From the human T2T-CHM13v2.0 reference genome, Homo sapiens, in assembly GCF_009914755.1 (NCBI RefSeq), contig NC_060926.1: a DNA stretch of 64,000 nt. The stretch is one strand, 5' to 3'. A program made the translations under genes and the position numbers. Under the pieces are notes generated by a model. It ran no database searches and was not told the origin of the DNA. It worked only from the letters and a program-made list of their open reading frames with translations. Of this stretch, positions 1 to 14,717 are shown piece by piece (position 1 is the first letter of the stretch; each line of letters starts with the position of its first letter).

Positions 1-153
1 GAAGACTTTTTAAAAGCATTTTTTTGGATAGAAGAGTTAAAATGTTGTGAATTCTTGATAAATTGAATAAGCAACAAATACACTAGCAGTCACTAGAGGG
101 TGATGTTTTCTAGCATACAACATCAAGTTCTTTCCGGCAGGTTGCCATTGTAG

Positions 154-604
<451 letters not shown>

Positions 605-1532
605 AGAAATGCTATTTTTTTAAAGCCTTCTCCCACCTGTTCTACAGATGAATTCTGAATGTTTTCTAATATATCCTTGTTTCTCATCATCCTAGGAATA
701 GCTACCAATTATGAGCACCCACTGTGGTTGGCTGTGCACTGGGTGGCTTATGAACTTTACCCCTCATCCCTACAACTGCAGCGTGGGCTATTTCATAGAT
801 TAGGACATGATGTGTAAGTAACTGGCTCAAAGCCCTCCATCTAGTAAGTTTGCCAGTATATCATCAGTTCATAGTAAACTAAAAAAATGTCTACTTTATC
901 CAAACTTTTTCATTTATAAACGAATTTGTGTCACCTGGTATGTCTTAGATGTGATTTGAGACTTTTTGTTGTTGTTGACATAGCTTTAATAAAATTAACA
1001 TAAACTGTGACTTTGTATAGGCTAGGAGGAAGGAGAGACTGAGGAGTACTATGTTTGGAAGGAAAGCTGAAGGTAGGGCAGCCGGATGGTTAGCTTTGCA
1101 GATACAAGGCCAGTGAGAAGAAAACAGCTAGTTCGATATTTTGCTTAGGATTAAGCCCTGATGGTTGGATACTAGCCATCTGGGGGGTGGTGGGTGGGGA
1201 ATCCTTTTGGGAGAACGGACGGAGTGTGGGAATGAGGCCCTGGCCAGGCAGATGTGTGCCAGTCTGACACTGTTCATTTCTTCTGTTGTTTATGCCAGTT
1301 CAGGCAACACGGAAGCTGTGTCTGTTTCTCCTGTCATTGTAAACGTAGCCCTGGTCTTTCAAAAAGCTGTGGTTGTGTGGGTCTTTAAGGTATTCCTTCA
1401 GTAATTGTGGTGGCCACTATTTCATTTAAGGAGTTAGCATCTTATAAAGAAAAATCTGTTTTCTCAAGGCTCTATAGTAATGATATTTTGTTTAAGTTTG
1501 TCCAATATGGTATTTAGTTCTTCCTATTAAGG

Positions 1533-1580
1533 AGGAGTCTCTAAACTTCAGTCTGTGGGCCAAATCTACCTCCTGTTTCT
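1533..1580 (+). mobile_element. MER58-like hAT DNA element, left part (interrupted by L1)
   Basis: aggagtctctaaact...gtgggccaaatct resembles the MER58 5' end; the element resumes at about 6775. Confidence 0.6.
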
Positions 1581-2642
1581 GTTTAATTATTTTATTGGGG
1601 GGGTGATATTTATCCCCTCAAGCATTTATTCTTTATGTTACAAACAATCCAATTATATTATTTTAGTTATTTTTAAATGTCCAATCTAATTATTATTGAC
1701 TGTAGTCACCCTGTTGTGCTATCAAATACTAGGTCTTATTCATTCTTTCTAACTAATGTTTTTGTACCCATTAACCATTCCCTTCCCATTCCCCATCTCA
1801 CCACTACCCTTCACAGCCTCTGGTAACCATCTTTCTACTCTCTGTGTCCATGAGTTAAATTGTTTTGATTTTTAGATCCCAAAAATAAGTGAGAACAAAT
1901 GATGTTTATCTTTCTGTGCCTGGCTTATTTCACTTGACATAATGATCTCCAGTCCCATCCATGTTGTTGCAAATGGCTGGATCTCATTCTTTTTTATGGC
2001 TGAATAATACTCCATTGTATATAAGTACCACATTTTTTCTTTATCCACTCATCTGTTGATGGACATTTAGGTTCCTTCCAAATCTTGGCTATTGTGATCA
2101 GTGCTGCAGATATCTCTTTGATATACTGATTTCCTTTCTTTAGTTTATATCCCCAGCAGTGGGAGTGCTGGATCCTATGGTAGCTCTATTTTTAGTTTTT
2201 TGAAGAGCCTCCATACTGTTCTTCACAGTGATTGTACTCATTTACATTTCCACCAACAGGGTACAAGGGTTCCCTTTTCTCTACATCCTCACCAGTATTT
2301 GTTATTGCCTGTCTTTTTGTTATAAGCCATTTTAACTGGGGCGAGATGAGATCTCATTGTACTTTTGATTTGCATTTCTCTGATGATCAGTGGTATTGAG
2401 TACCTTTTCATAGGCCTGTTTGCCATTTGTACGTTTTCTTTTGAGAAATATCTTTTCATATATTTTGCCCATTTTCTGATCAGATTATTATATTTGATTT
2501 TTTTACTATAGAGTTGTTTAAGCCCCTTATATATTCTGGTTATTAATCCCTTGTCAGATGGTTAGTTTGCAGATATCTTCTCCCATTCTGTGGTTGTCTT
2601 TTCACTTTGTTGACTGTTTTCCTTTGCTGTACAGAAGCTGTA

Positions 2643-2982
<340 letters not shown>

Positions 2983-3502
2983 TAATGTGATCCCATTTGT
3001 GCATTTTTGCTTTGGTTGCCTGTGCTTGTGGGGTATTATTCAATAAATTTTTGCCCAGACCAATATCTTTGAGAGTTTGCCAGACATTTCCTTATACTAG
3101 TTTCATAGTTTAAGATCTTAGATTTAAGTCTTTAATTCATTTTGATTTGATTTTTGTTTATGGTGAGAGGTAGGGGTCTAGTTTCATTCTTCTGCATTAT
3201 GGATATTCAGTTTTCCCAGCACCATTTGTTGAAGAGACTGTCTTTTCCTCAGTGTACGTTCTTGGCACCTTTATGGAAAATGACTTCACTGTAGGTGTGT
3301 GGATTTTGTTTCTGGGTTCTCTATTCCGTTCCATTGGTCTATATGTGTGTTTTTATGCCAATACCATGCTGTTTTGGTTACTATAGCTCTCCAGTATAAT
3401 TGGAAATCCAGTAATGTGATTCCCCCAGTTTTGTTCTTTTTGCTTAAGATAGCTTTGGCTATTCAGCTGTTTTGTGAATCCACATAAATTTTAGAATTGT
3501 TC

Positions 3503-4486
<984 letters not shown>

Positions 4487-5357
4487 TAAATTGCTTTGAG
4501 TAGTATGGACATATTAACAATATTGATTCTTTCAACCCATGGAATGTCTTTCCATTTTTTGGTGTTCAATTTTCTTTATCAGTGTTTTATAGTTTTCATT
4601 GTAGAGATGTTTCACTTCTTCGGTTAAATTAATTCCTGGGTATTTTATTTTATTTGTGTCTATTGTAAATGGGAGTACTTTTTAAATTTCTTTTTCAGGT
4701 CATTCACTATTGGCATATAGAAACGGTACTGACTTTTGTATGTTGATTTTGTGTACTCCAACTTTACTGAATTTATCAACTCTAATAGTTTTTTGGTGAA
4801 GTCCTTAGGTTTTTCCAAATATAAAATCATATCATCTGCAAACAAGGATAATTTGAAGACTTCTTTCCAATTTGGATGCCCTTTATTTCTCTTCTCTGAT
4901 TGCCCTAGCTAGCACTTCCAGTACTGTGTTGATAACAGTGGTGAAAGTGGGCATCCTTGTCGTGTTCCAGATTTTAGAGCAAAGGCTTTCAGTTTTTCCC
5001 CGCAGTATGATACTAGCTGTAGGTCTGTCATACATGGCTTTTATTATGTTGAGGTATGCTTTTATACCCAGTTTTTTGAGGGTTTTTTAAAATCATGAAG
5101 TGATGTCAAATTTTATCAAATGCTTTTTTAGCATCAGTTGAAATGATCATAAGGTTTTTATCCTTCATTCTGTTGATATGATGTATCACATTGATTGATT
5201 TATCACACTGATTGATTTGCATGTGTTGAACCATCCTTGCATCCTAGGGATAAATCCCACTTGATTATAATGAATGATTGTGTTGTTGAATTCTGTTTTG
5301 TAGTATTTTGTTGAAGAATTTTGCATCAAAATTCATCAGAGATATTGACCTGTAGTT

Positions 5358-5683
5358 TTCTTTTATTATTATTTTTGTTATTGAGACAGGGTCTTGCTGT
5401 GTCACCCAGGCTGGAGTGAGTAGTGCAATCATGGTTCACTGAAACCTCAACCTACTGAGTTCAAGCAATCCTCCCATCTCATCCTCCTGAGCAGCTGGGA
5501 GTATAGGCATGTGCCACCATGCCTGGCTAATTTTTTGTATTTTTTTGCAGGGACTTATTTGTATTTTTAGGGTTTCGTCATGGTACCCAGCCAGGCTGGT
5601 CTGGAACACCTGGGTTCAAATGATCTGCCTGCCTTGGCCTCCCAAAATGCTGAGATTTACAGGCACGAGCCACTCGCCTGGCC
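5358..5683 (-). mobile_element. AluJ-like
   Basis: Diverged reverse Alu with gagacagggtcttgctgtgtcaccc. Confidence 0.9.
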
Positions 5684-6093
5684 AGGTTTTCTTTTTTTCG
5701 ATGTGTCTTTTTCTGGTTTTGTTATCAGGGTAACACTGGCCTTGTAGAATGAGTTTGGAAGTATTCCCCTCTCCTCTATTTTTCAGAATAGTTTCAGTAG
5801 GATTAGTAGTAGTTCTTCTTTAAATGTCTGGTATAATTCAGCAGTGAAGCCGTCAGGTCCTGGCCTTTTCTTTACTGGGAGACTTTTTATTATGGCTTTG
5901 ATCTCGTTACTTGTTATTGGTCTGTTCAGGTTTTGGATTTCTTCATGATTCAATCTTGGTAGGTTGTATGTATCTAGGAATTTTTCCATTCCTTCTAGAT
6001 TTTCCGATTTATTGGCATATAGTTGCTCATAGTAGCCACTAATGATCCTTTGAATTTCTGCAGTATCAGTTGTAATGTCTCCTTTTCATCGCC

Positions 6094-6342
6094 TTTTTTT
6101 TTTTTTTTTTTTTTTTTTCCACTTGAGACAGAGTCTTGCTCTGTCACCTAGGCTGGAGTTATCTTGGCTCACTACAACCTCCACCTCCTGGGTTCAAGTG
6201 ATTCTCCTGCCTCAGCCTCCTGGCTAGCTGGGATTACATTTGACAGAGTTTTAGCTCTTGGTCAGGCTGGTCTTGAGCTCCTGACCTCAAATGATCTGCC
6301 TGCTTTGGCCTCCCAAAGTACTGTGAGCCACCATGCCTGGCC
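6094..6342 (-). mobile_element. Alu with internal deletions
   Basis: Poly-T plus Alu; the middle A-rich linker region is missing. Confidence 0.9.
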
Positions 6343-6774
6343 TCCTTTTAATCTCTGATTTTATTTATTTAGGTCCTCTATTTTTCTCAGTCTGACTAAA
6401 GGTTTATCAATTTTGTTTAACTTTTTAAAAAAACTTTTTATTGAACTTTATTATTTCTTTTCTTCTATTATTAATTTTGGATTTGGTTTGCTCTTGCCTT
6501 TCTAGTTCCTTAAGATGCATTGTTAGGTTATTTATTTGAAGGGTTTTTTGTTGTTGATGTAGACATTTAGAGCTATAAACCTCCCTATTAGTACTGCTTT
6601 CCCTATATCTCATAGGTTTTAGTATGTTGTGTTTCCATTATCATGTGTTTCAAGAAATTTTTCATTTTCCTTAATTTCTTCACTGGCCCACTAGTCATTC
6701 AGGAGCATATTGTTTCCTTTCCATGTATTTATATAGTTTCCAAAATTCCTCTTGTTATTTATTTCTAGTTTTAT

Positions 6775-7058
6775 TCTGGCCTCCTATTTTTTTTACAGCG
6801 TGTGAGCTAAGAATATTTTGACCTTTTTTAATGGTTGAGAAAAAAATAAAAGGATGATATGAAAATTATATGAAATTCAAATTTCAGTGTTCATAACTAA
6901 AGTTTTCTTGGGACACAGCCACATTTACTTCTTTACTATTGTTTGTGGCTGCTTTTGAACCACGAGGGCAGGGTTGACTAGTCACCACAAAGACTTTATA
7001 GCCTGCAAGGCCTAAAATATTTACTATCTGGCCTTTTACAGAAGTTTGATGATTCATG
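6775..7058 (+). mobile_element. MER58B-like hAT element, right part
   Basis: gagctaagaat...atgaaattcaaatttcagtg...aaaatatttactatctggccttttacagaa; clearly homologous to 27734-28059. Confidence 0.85.
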
Positions 7059-9159
7059 CCATAGAGGAGTTGTAGCAATTTTTGAAAACTTAACATTTTC
7101 AAATTTTAGACGGTTACTGCATTCAGATCTTTTATCCTTAGCCTCTCAAATTAAATTTTGTTCTAATAGAAATGACTGGATATTAACATATTTTAATTAC
7201 CTTAAAACAAGTCTTGCTCCTCATCCCCCTTCCTCAAGATGGGTTTCTTGTAACTAGCATTAGTTAGCTTCCGTTCTTTCTGTCCTGGAAGAGCACTAGA
7301 GAGTTGTCTAAGACCACCCCCACTGCCCCTGCTCCTCTGAGTTGGATGAAGGATGAAACAGGGGACCAGCAGGAGTAGAGTCTGTTGGACAGACAGTAAG
7401 GCAGCATCTCAACTGTACAGAGCACTTGGTAGTCTGAAATTTGATCTCCGCCAGGTAAGAGCAATTTACCTGCAGGAAGGATTGATGGGTCAGGGATTAA
7501 TGCCACATAGTTCCTTTTTCACTGGAATCCAGTTGTCTGATGATTCCCCACCTTGTGAGTCTGAACAGGATACTGAAGCTTGCTCCCTCTTGAGAATCTG
7601 GAAGGGCCAGATGACTGCCTTCCTAGCCTCACCTGCAGCTGCAGCTGAGGCACAGGAATGTGTCTTGGGCTCTGGCCATTAGGTACACCTGTATTGGACT
7701 GTGACCTGAGAGCTAGAGATGCAAAGAAATAGGGATTGCCTGGAATCATTTCTGGAGAGCACGGTTGTAACAGCACTCATGACACCCATTGTTTAGGGGC
7801 AGCAATAGAACCTGGTGTGAGCAGCACAGCCCAGTACCCAGCATTGGTCCATGTGGTACACTGTGTCCAAAGGTGTAGGGCTGGGGACAGACTTCCCCTG
7901 CTGGGCAAGGTGTTGTTATAAGCTCGGTTCTTTGTTAATCCTGCAGAGTCTGTGAGCATTCAAATATCATTTATTAAATATCTCTTCTACTTAAAATTAA
8001 CCCAAGGTGGTTTCTGTTGCTTGCATCTTAGAAACCTACATGTGTCAAGCTAAAGAGCTCACTCAAAATACCTAATTTTTTATAAAATTTTTTAAAATTT
8101 TCCATATTTTGAAACTTACTGAAATTTATTCCTTTCAGCATCTTATGCTGTCCCCATTTTCCTCTTTATTCATTCCAAAAATGTCTGCCCAGTACCTACT
8201 ACATGCCCAGCACATGGCTTCACATAAGCAGAAACACAAGCAGAAGAATGTGTCAGTGTTTGGACTTAGTGATGCCCCACTTAGAGAATGCCATCCAGTG
8301 TAGTCTTCATCCTTATAACCAAGTTCATTTTATCTGTGTGTTGTGGGCCATATTAGACTACAGTGAGGGACCCAAGAGCAACTTGGAAAGAAAAGAAGTC
8401 AGATTATCCTCTGAGAGTGAAACTTCAAACTTGACACAGGAGTAGAGCTCTGTAGTCTCCTAAAGGGGATGGAGTGGCTCTGGATGTGTATGTAAAGAAA
8501 GGACATGACCATCTGAAAGGCCCGGTGAGCATGGAAGCAGCAGTTGTATGGGCAGTCACAGAGGTGAAGCTGGCAACCAGGCCTGGGGGCCAGGCAGCGT
8601 GGCCCTCGGGCCCAAGTACCAGGTTCCTGCTGCCAGCTCTGCCCCCAGTTTGGGGGAGGTGAATCTGGCTGTTGTAGTCACTGAGTATTCAGACTGTATA
8701 ACTATTTTTATGAATTCAGGCACACCAGACAACCTTCTAATTATAACTTAGGTTTTCATTTGACCTGTGTCTAGGAGAGAACACATTACTTATGAAAGCT
8801 AGATATTTTAGTTTGCAAGTTGGAGTTGTGGTTTTACACGTCAGTTCTAAAAGTTGGTGAATGAGGATGCTTGAGTGGCAGATCTACCTTAGGGTGCTGA
8901 CAACATTCATTGCTCAGCTTCAGAAGCTGAAGGTCAGACTTTACATTTTTAAAAATTCACCAAGGTGGGATTCTTCACCAAGGTGAAGCCAGCTGGATTC
9001 ACCAGCAAACTCTGTCACTGAACCGAGGACTTTTTTTGGAAGGGGGGCGGATTTCAGTATATGTGCATGTGTGTATACGTTAGTAAGAAAAAATCACAAT
9101 TTGTAAGGTACTTTTACAATTTTATTAGCACTATCATGTTTGTATGAAGCTTCTGAACT

Positions 9160-9560
9160 GAATTCAACCATTCAAGAAGCATTTCTTAGGTACCTACTGT
9201 TGCCAGGCTTGAAGAGCTCACATTTCAGTGAGGAAGAGCAACCAACGTATAAACAACACACAATACAGCAAGTGCAACAAAATAGATTTGTCTAAAGTTC
9301 AGTAGGATCCCAGAGGAGAAAACAGCTTCCACTGCCTCCCTGGGGGAGCTCTGGAAGGCTCCACCAAATGGGAATATTGTGGGAGTCCTATGTGAGGAGA
9401 GAGGCTGGAGGTTCATCCACATAGAGAAATGGTAGATCCTGGAAACACAAGAGTGTGCTGAGTCTAGGGAAGTGGTTGGGAAATTAAAATATAGCACAAT
9501 TAGTTGTTAGAAGGGGAAAAGTGATTGGAATGAGGCCACACAGGTGAGTATGCAGTAAAG
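9160..9560 (-). mobile_element. Ancient L2 fragment
   Basis: attcaaccattcaagaagcattt...tacctactgttgccaggc is a typical L2 3' end; boundaries approximate. Confidence 0.5.
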
Positions 9561-9581
9561 GGTATGTCTCATGTACCATGC

Positions 9582-9792
9582 TGCTGTGGTCTGAATGTGT
9601 CTCCCCAAAATTCATATGTTGAACTTCTAACCCCAAAGTAAGAGTATTAGGAGGTGGAGCCTTTGGAGAGATGATTAGGTCACGAGAACAGAGCTTTCAT
9701 GAATGAGATTACTGCCCTTATAAAATAGGCCCAAGGGAGCCTGCTTGCCCCTTCCTGCATGTGAGGACACAGTGAGAGGGTGCCATCTATGA
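9582..9792 (+). mobile_element. MLT1A-type MaLR LTR, 5' portion
   Basis: tgctgtggtctgaatgtgt..ccccaaaattcatatgttgaa..gtattaggaggtgg..gccctta taaaa..catgtgaggacacag matches the MLT1A/A0 consensus as recalled. Confidence 0.88.
9719..9725 (+). promoter_or_regulatory. LTR TATA box (TATAAAA), candidate promoter of the MTC first exon
   Basis: Perfect TATAAAA in sense orientation, about 135 nt upstream of the donor at 9858. Confidence 0.6.
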
Positions 9793-9849
9793 GCATGGAG
9801 AGCTTAGCTTGGACAGCCAGCTGATGAGGGACACATCGAATCAAGATAC

Positions 9850-9857
9850 ATGACATG
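9850..9857 (+). CDS. LIMS1: Coding end of LIMS1 alternative first exon (Met-Thr-Cys; MTC-NMANALA isoform)
   Basis: ATG ACA TG followed by a consensus donor GTGAGT at 9858. The phase-2 join to C at 62196 gives TGC, so [12 protein letters not shown]. This matches a short LIMS1 N-terminal variant as I recall it. Confidence 0.75.
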
Positions 9858-10763
9858 GTGAGTGCTGCTGCACAATATTGAGCTGTTCCCCCTCCAAATG
9901 AAACACAAATAGAACATAATTGAGCACACCAGTTGTCTGGTATCTTCATCACATAAATAGTACATGTGTGCACATATAGAAGTGATTTTTACACAAGGGT
10001 GTATTTTTGTGCATCTAGTAGGATTCACTATGGTTTCATTTTTAGGTATTTCTCTCTAACCTGGATATAACCAGAAAAGAGGTATTGATCTCTCTAATAA
10101 ATTTGCCTATTAAAAGTACTAAGTTTTACAAGTGAAATTATTAATACCATGGGCGGAGTTCCATTTTACTGTATTCTTTTTGCTTATTTACTTCTGGGTC
10201 TTAAAGTCAATTCACAGGTCCTCATTTACCTGTTAATTGTGCCTGAAACCCAGTCTTTCCCATCTGTTTTTACTAGTCTTATAGTTTATATCCCTTAACT
10301 TTTCTCGTCTTCCTTTGAGTGGGCTCCTAGCATAATGTTTTATGTCTTCTGTTTTATTAAGCATTATTTGGAAATGGATATGATTTTAATATTGGTTATG
10401 TATCAAGTAGGGGCTCCTTGGGCTTTCACTGTGGGTAACATTCATGTGATATTGGTCTCAGAGTTAATGCCCCTTTTGTCCTCTGAAAATTGTGTGCCTG
10501 TAACATCTTCAGGAGCCACATGGTGGCAGGCGCAGTGCTTTGAAACTTTGTGGACTTACATACTCAGAGTGTTTGCTTTGCATCTTCATCTTTCCTTCTT
10601 TTAAAAATAATGAAGATATTGAAATTAATAAAAGGAACCTCCAAATATCTACCACCCACCTCAAGAAATAACACCTTACAGAGTTGAGGTCTCTTGGTTC
10701 AGTTTCCTCTTCCAATCACATTCCCTCCTCCTGTTTTCCTCCACGAAGAAGCCCTTTCCTTAA

Positions 10764-11205
<442 letters not shown>

Positions 11206-12462
11206 CACTCACATTTTTAAAACATTTATTTGTGTAGATGTGTGCTTCAGTGAATTTTCTTTTACAGCTATACAGCATTTCATTGAAGACATCACTATTT
11301 TAGAAATCTGTTTTCTTGATCTTGAGAGAAGCAGGGTAGTAGAGTGATCATAGATGGGGCCCCTGATGCCCATTCCAGTCCCCATTCTGTCACTCACCAG
11401 TTGGGAGCCCAGTTTCTACTTCCGAGAAATAGGGATACCGCTCATTTCACAGGGTGTTAGGGGGATCAAATGAAATAGTATGTGAAGCATTAACACCATG
11501 ATTATTACCGTCATTACTGCCACTAGAACGAGATGACAGTAATGCAGACTCAGGGCAGGACTAATTTTGTGCTATATTTTAACTTGCAGTTGGACGGAGG
11601 GCACTCTGAAAGAAGTAGGGACAATAGCTTGGAGACAGCTGAGGTGGCGTCTTTCTGAAGACTTCTGTTTTCTCTAACATAGGTGGGGTTATCTCCCAAG
11701 AGTAATAGAAAAAGAGGGTGGGATCGGTGATTCGAGAGTACTGAGGGTTTGAAGTGTTCTCATTTGGGGCATGATCTGGCTAAATACATGCAAAATAATT
11801 TCCTGTGTTGGTGTGTGTGCTAATCTTGTTTGATTTTTTTCTTAGCAACCTGTTTACCTGGCAAAGCATAAAGGCTTCTCCTCTGGAGTCTTCTCTTCCC
11901 TCCCCCATGGCAGGTGTTGCTGCCTGGAGCTGCTTCCACAACTGGTTGTCTCCAGGATTGCACCCCTCCCCACCCGGAATTCTAACCTTGTGTGGCTTAT
12001 CACCTGTCACATAAACCCATCAGCCTGGCTCTCACTCTTCAAAAGCTGACTCTAAACTGCCCGGCTCCCCGCAGTCATTGCTCCTACTGTTTCCAGAGTG
12101 AGGCGCCCACTGTTCCCTGGCTCACTTCTCCACCTTCCCATGCCTTTGCATTCTCCTCTCCATCTAGAATATTCTCTCCTCCCTTTTCCTGGTGCCATTC
12201 TTTCACAATGTAACATATCCCTTAATGTATTTCATATGATCTTGGGCAATCTATTTAACATCCTCAGATATGATACTTCAGATCTCTCATTAGAGGAAGC
12301 ACCCAGAAAACCCAGGAGTCCTGACCTGATGCCTTCTGCTGTGCTGTCGGTGCATCACACTGCACACATATACAGCAGTGTATGACCTTCTGGCTTTAAG
12401 GAAGTTATGCTTGTTTTCATCCCCACGGTTGAAGTTTTTTTTTAACTTAAAAATATTTTATT

Positions 12463-12795
<333 letters not shown>

Positions 12796-12799
12796 CTAT

Positions 12800-12936
12800 T
12801 CTTTTTTATTTTCTAAAAATAGAGATGGGGTCTCACTATGTTGGTCAGGGTGGTCTCAACTCCTGGCCTCAAGCAGTTCTTCTGCCTTGGCCTCCCAAAG
12901 TGCTGGAATTACAGGTGTGAGCCACTGCACCTAGCC
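12800..12936 (-). mobile_element. Alu monomer (FLAM/AluJ left arm)
   Basis: Single reverse Alu arm. Confidence 0.85.
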
Positions 12937-13689
12937 TGAAAATTTTCATTCTAATATAAAAATAGAAGAAACAATCCTTATACTCATCACCCACACTTCT
13001 TGCCATATTTGCTTCACATATTCTTTTTTCTTTTCTTTTCTTTCTTAATTATTTAAAAGCAAATCCCAGACATCAGGTCATTTCATCCCAAAATACCTCA
13101 GGGCTGGTCCCTGAGGAGATGGACATTTTCTTTTATAAGCTGGTCTCTGAGAAGATGGACATGCTATTACCATATCTAACAAACGAGTGATAATTCTTTA
13201 TCACCATCCAGTACCCCACCCATAATCAAATGTCCTCACTTGTCCCAAGAGTAGCATTCTACATTTGTTTTATTTAAACCAAGATCTAAACAAAGGCCAT
13301 AGTTTAATAATACATTTGATTGATATGTCTGTTAAGTCTCTCTTAATCTGCAGGAAAACCCCTTCTCTGTTTTTCCTCCAGTCATTGACAGAGATACCAG
13401 CTCTGTTGTCATGTAGAATTAAAGTTTTGAATTTTTAAAATAAACCTTATTTTGGAATAATTTTAGATTTATAGAAAAGTTGCAGAGGTCAGGAGCTCAG
13501 ATAATCCTCACATAGTCCTCACCTAGCTTCCCCTCTTGTCAGCACCTTCCATTATCTTCATCATGTCTTTTTTCTATGCCATCAATCAGTCGAGGATACC
13601 ACATTGTGTTTAGCCGTGGTTGAATTTTTAAATGATTTCTGATTATAAGTTCTCATCTACTGCTGAGAAAAATAACCATTTTCTGACTA

Positions 13690-13925
13690 GCAGGCAGTAC
13701 ACCGTTATGGTTTAAAACCAGGCTGAGGCCAGGTTTCAGTTTTTCACTCAATTACGTAATAACTGTATAGTAAGTTACACTTTCTATGTCTTGTCTCATC
13801 ACCTTTGAAATGGGAATAATAATAGTACTGTTTCATTGGATTATTGTAAAAACTAAATTTGGTAAGTGTATGCAAAGTGCTTATCACAGTTCTGGGCGCA
13901 TAAGAAGCACTCAATACATCTAGCT
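13690..13925 (+). mobile_element. MIR
   Basis: ctcatc..aaatgggaataataatagtac..aaagtgctta..cacagt..cactcaata core. Confidence 0.8.
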
Positions 13926-14185
13926 CTTGACCAAGGTGCTATTTCCTAAATTATATTGAGCCCCGGGGAAGGAATAATCAGAGCCTTTATTTCTTCCCCA
14001 AGGCTCTGATTTAAAAAATAACCTATCAATGTTTTTTTTCACTTTCCTTAGAAATAGTGCACTTGCTTTGGTTCTATATAGTGGTCTCATTACATTTTGA
14101 GGTATTTCACTTCTATTTTGGGAATTTTTGTTCAGTAGAACATAGTTCCCTAGAGTGTTTTGATCAATCAAAAATATTGGCTCTA

Positions 14186-14420
14186 GGCTGGGTGCAGTAG
14201 CTCACGCCTGTAATCCCAGCTCTGTGGGAGGCCGGGGCGTGGGGATCGCTTGAGCTCAGGAGTTCGAGACCAGCCTGGGCAATGTGGCAAAACCCTGTCT
14301 CTACAAAAATACAGAAATTAGCTGGGCGTGGTGGCATGAGCCTGTAGTCTCAGCTACTAGGAGGCTGAGGTGGGAGGATTGCTTGAGCCAGGGAGGCAGA
14401 AGTTGCTGTGAACCATGATC
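14186..14420 (+). mobile_element. AluJ-like, 3' end lost
   Basis: Alu consensus stops at gaaccatgatc and runs straight into an AT repeat. Confidence 0.92.
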
Positions 14421-14421
14421 T

Positions 14422-14424
<3 letters not shown>

Positions 14425-14465
<41 letters not shown>

Positions 14466-14655
14466 TATACACATATATATAAAATATATACACACATATA
14501 TAAAATATACACACATATAAAATATATATATACATATATAAAATATATATACATATATTATATATACACATATATAAAATATATATACATATATTATATA
14601 TACACATATATAAAATATATATACATATATTATATATACACACATATATATATAC

Positions 14656-14706
<51 letters not shown>

Positions 14707-14717
14707 CATATATATAT
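14425..14717. repeat. (TA)n/(CA)n compound repeat containing three 36-bp units (14533-14640)
   Basis: Unit catatataaaatatatatacatatattatatataca at 14533, 14569 and 14605. Confidence 0.95.

Noticed and set aside
7230-8040. Possible ancient MLT1-type LTR remnants
   Set aside because: Only a short 3'-end-like motif near 8000-8035 is recognisable; too diverged to call by eye.
8957-9007. Repeated ttcacca(a)g words and a cttcacc-aa-ggtgaag hairpin; similar 8-bp stem at 17698-17720
   Set aside because: Stems this short are expected by chance in 64 kb and have no ncRNA features.
14301-14709. 119-130 aa Y/I/C/V-rich ORFs
   Set aside because: Translation of the TA/CA low-complexity repeat.
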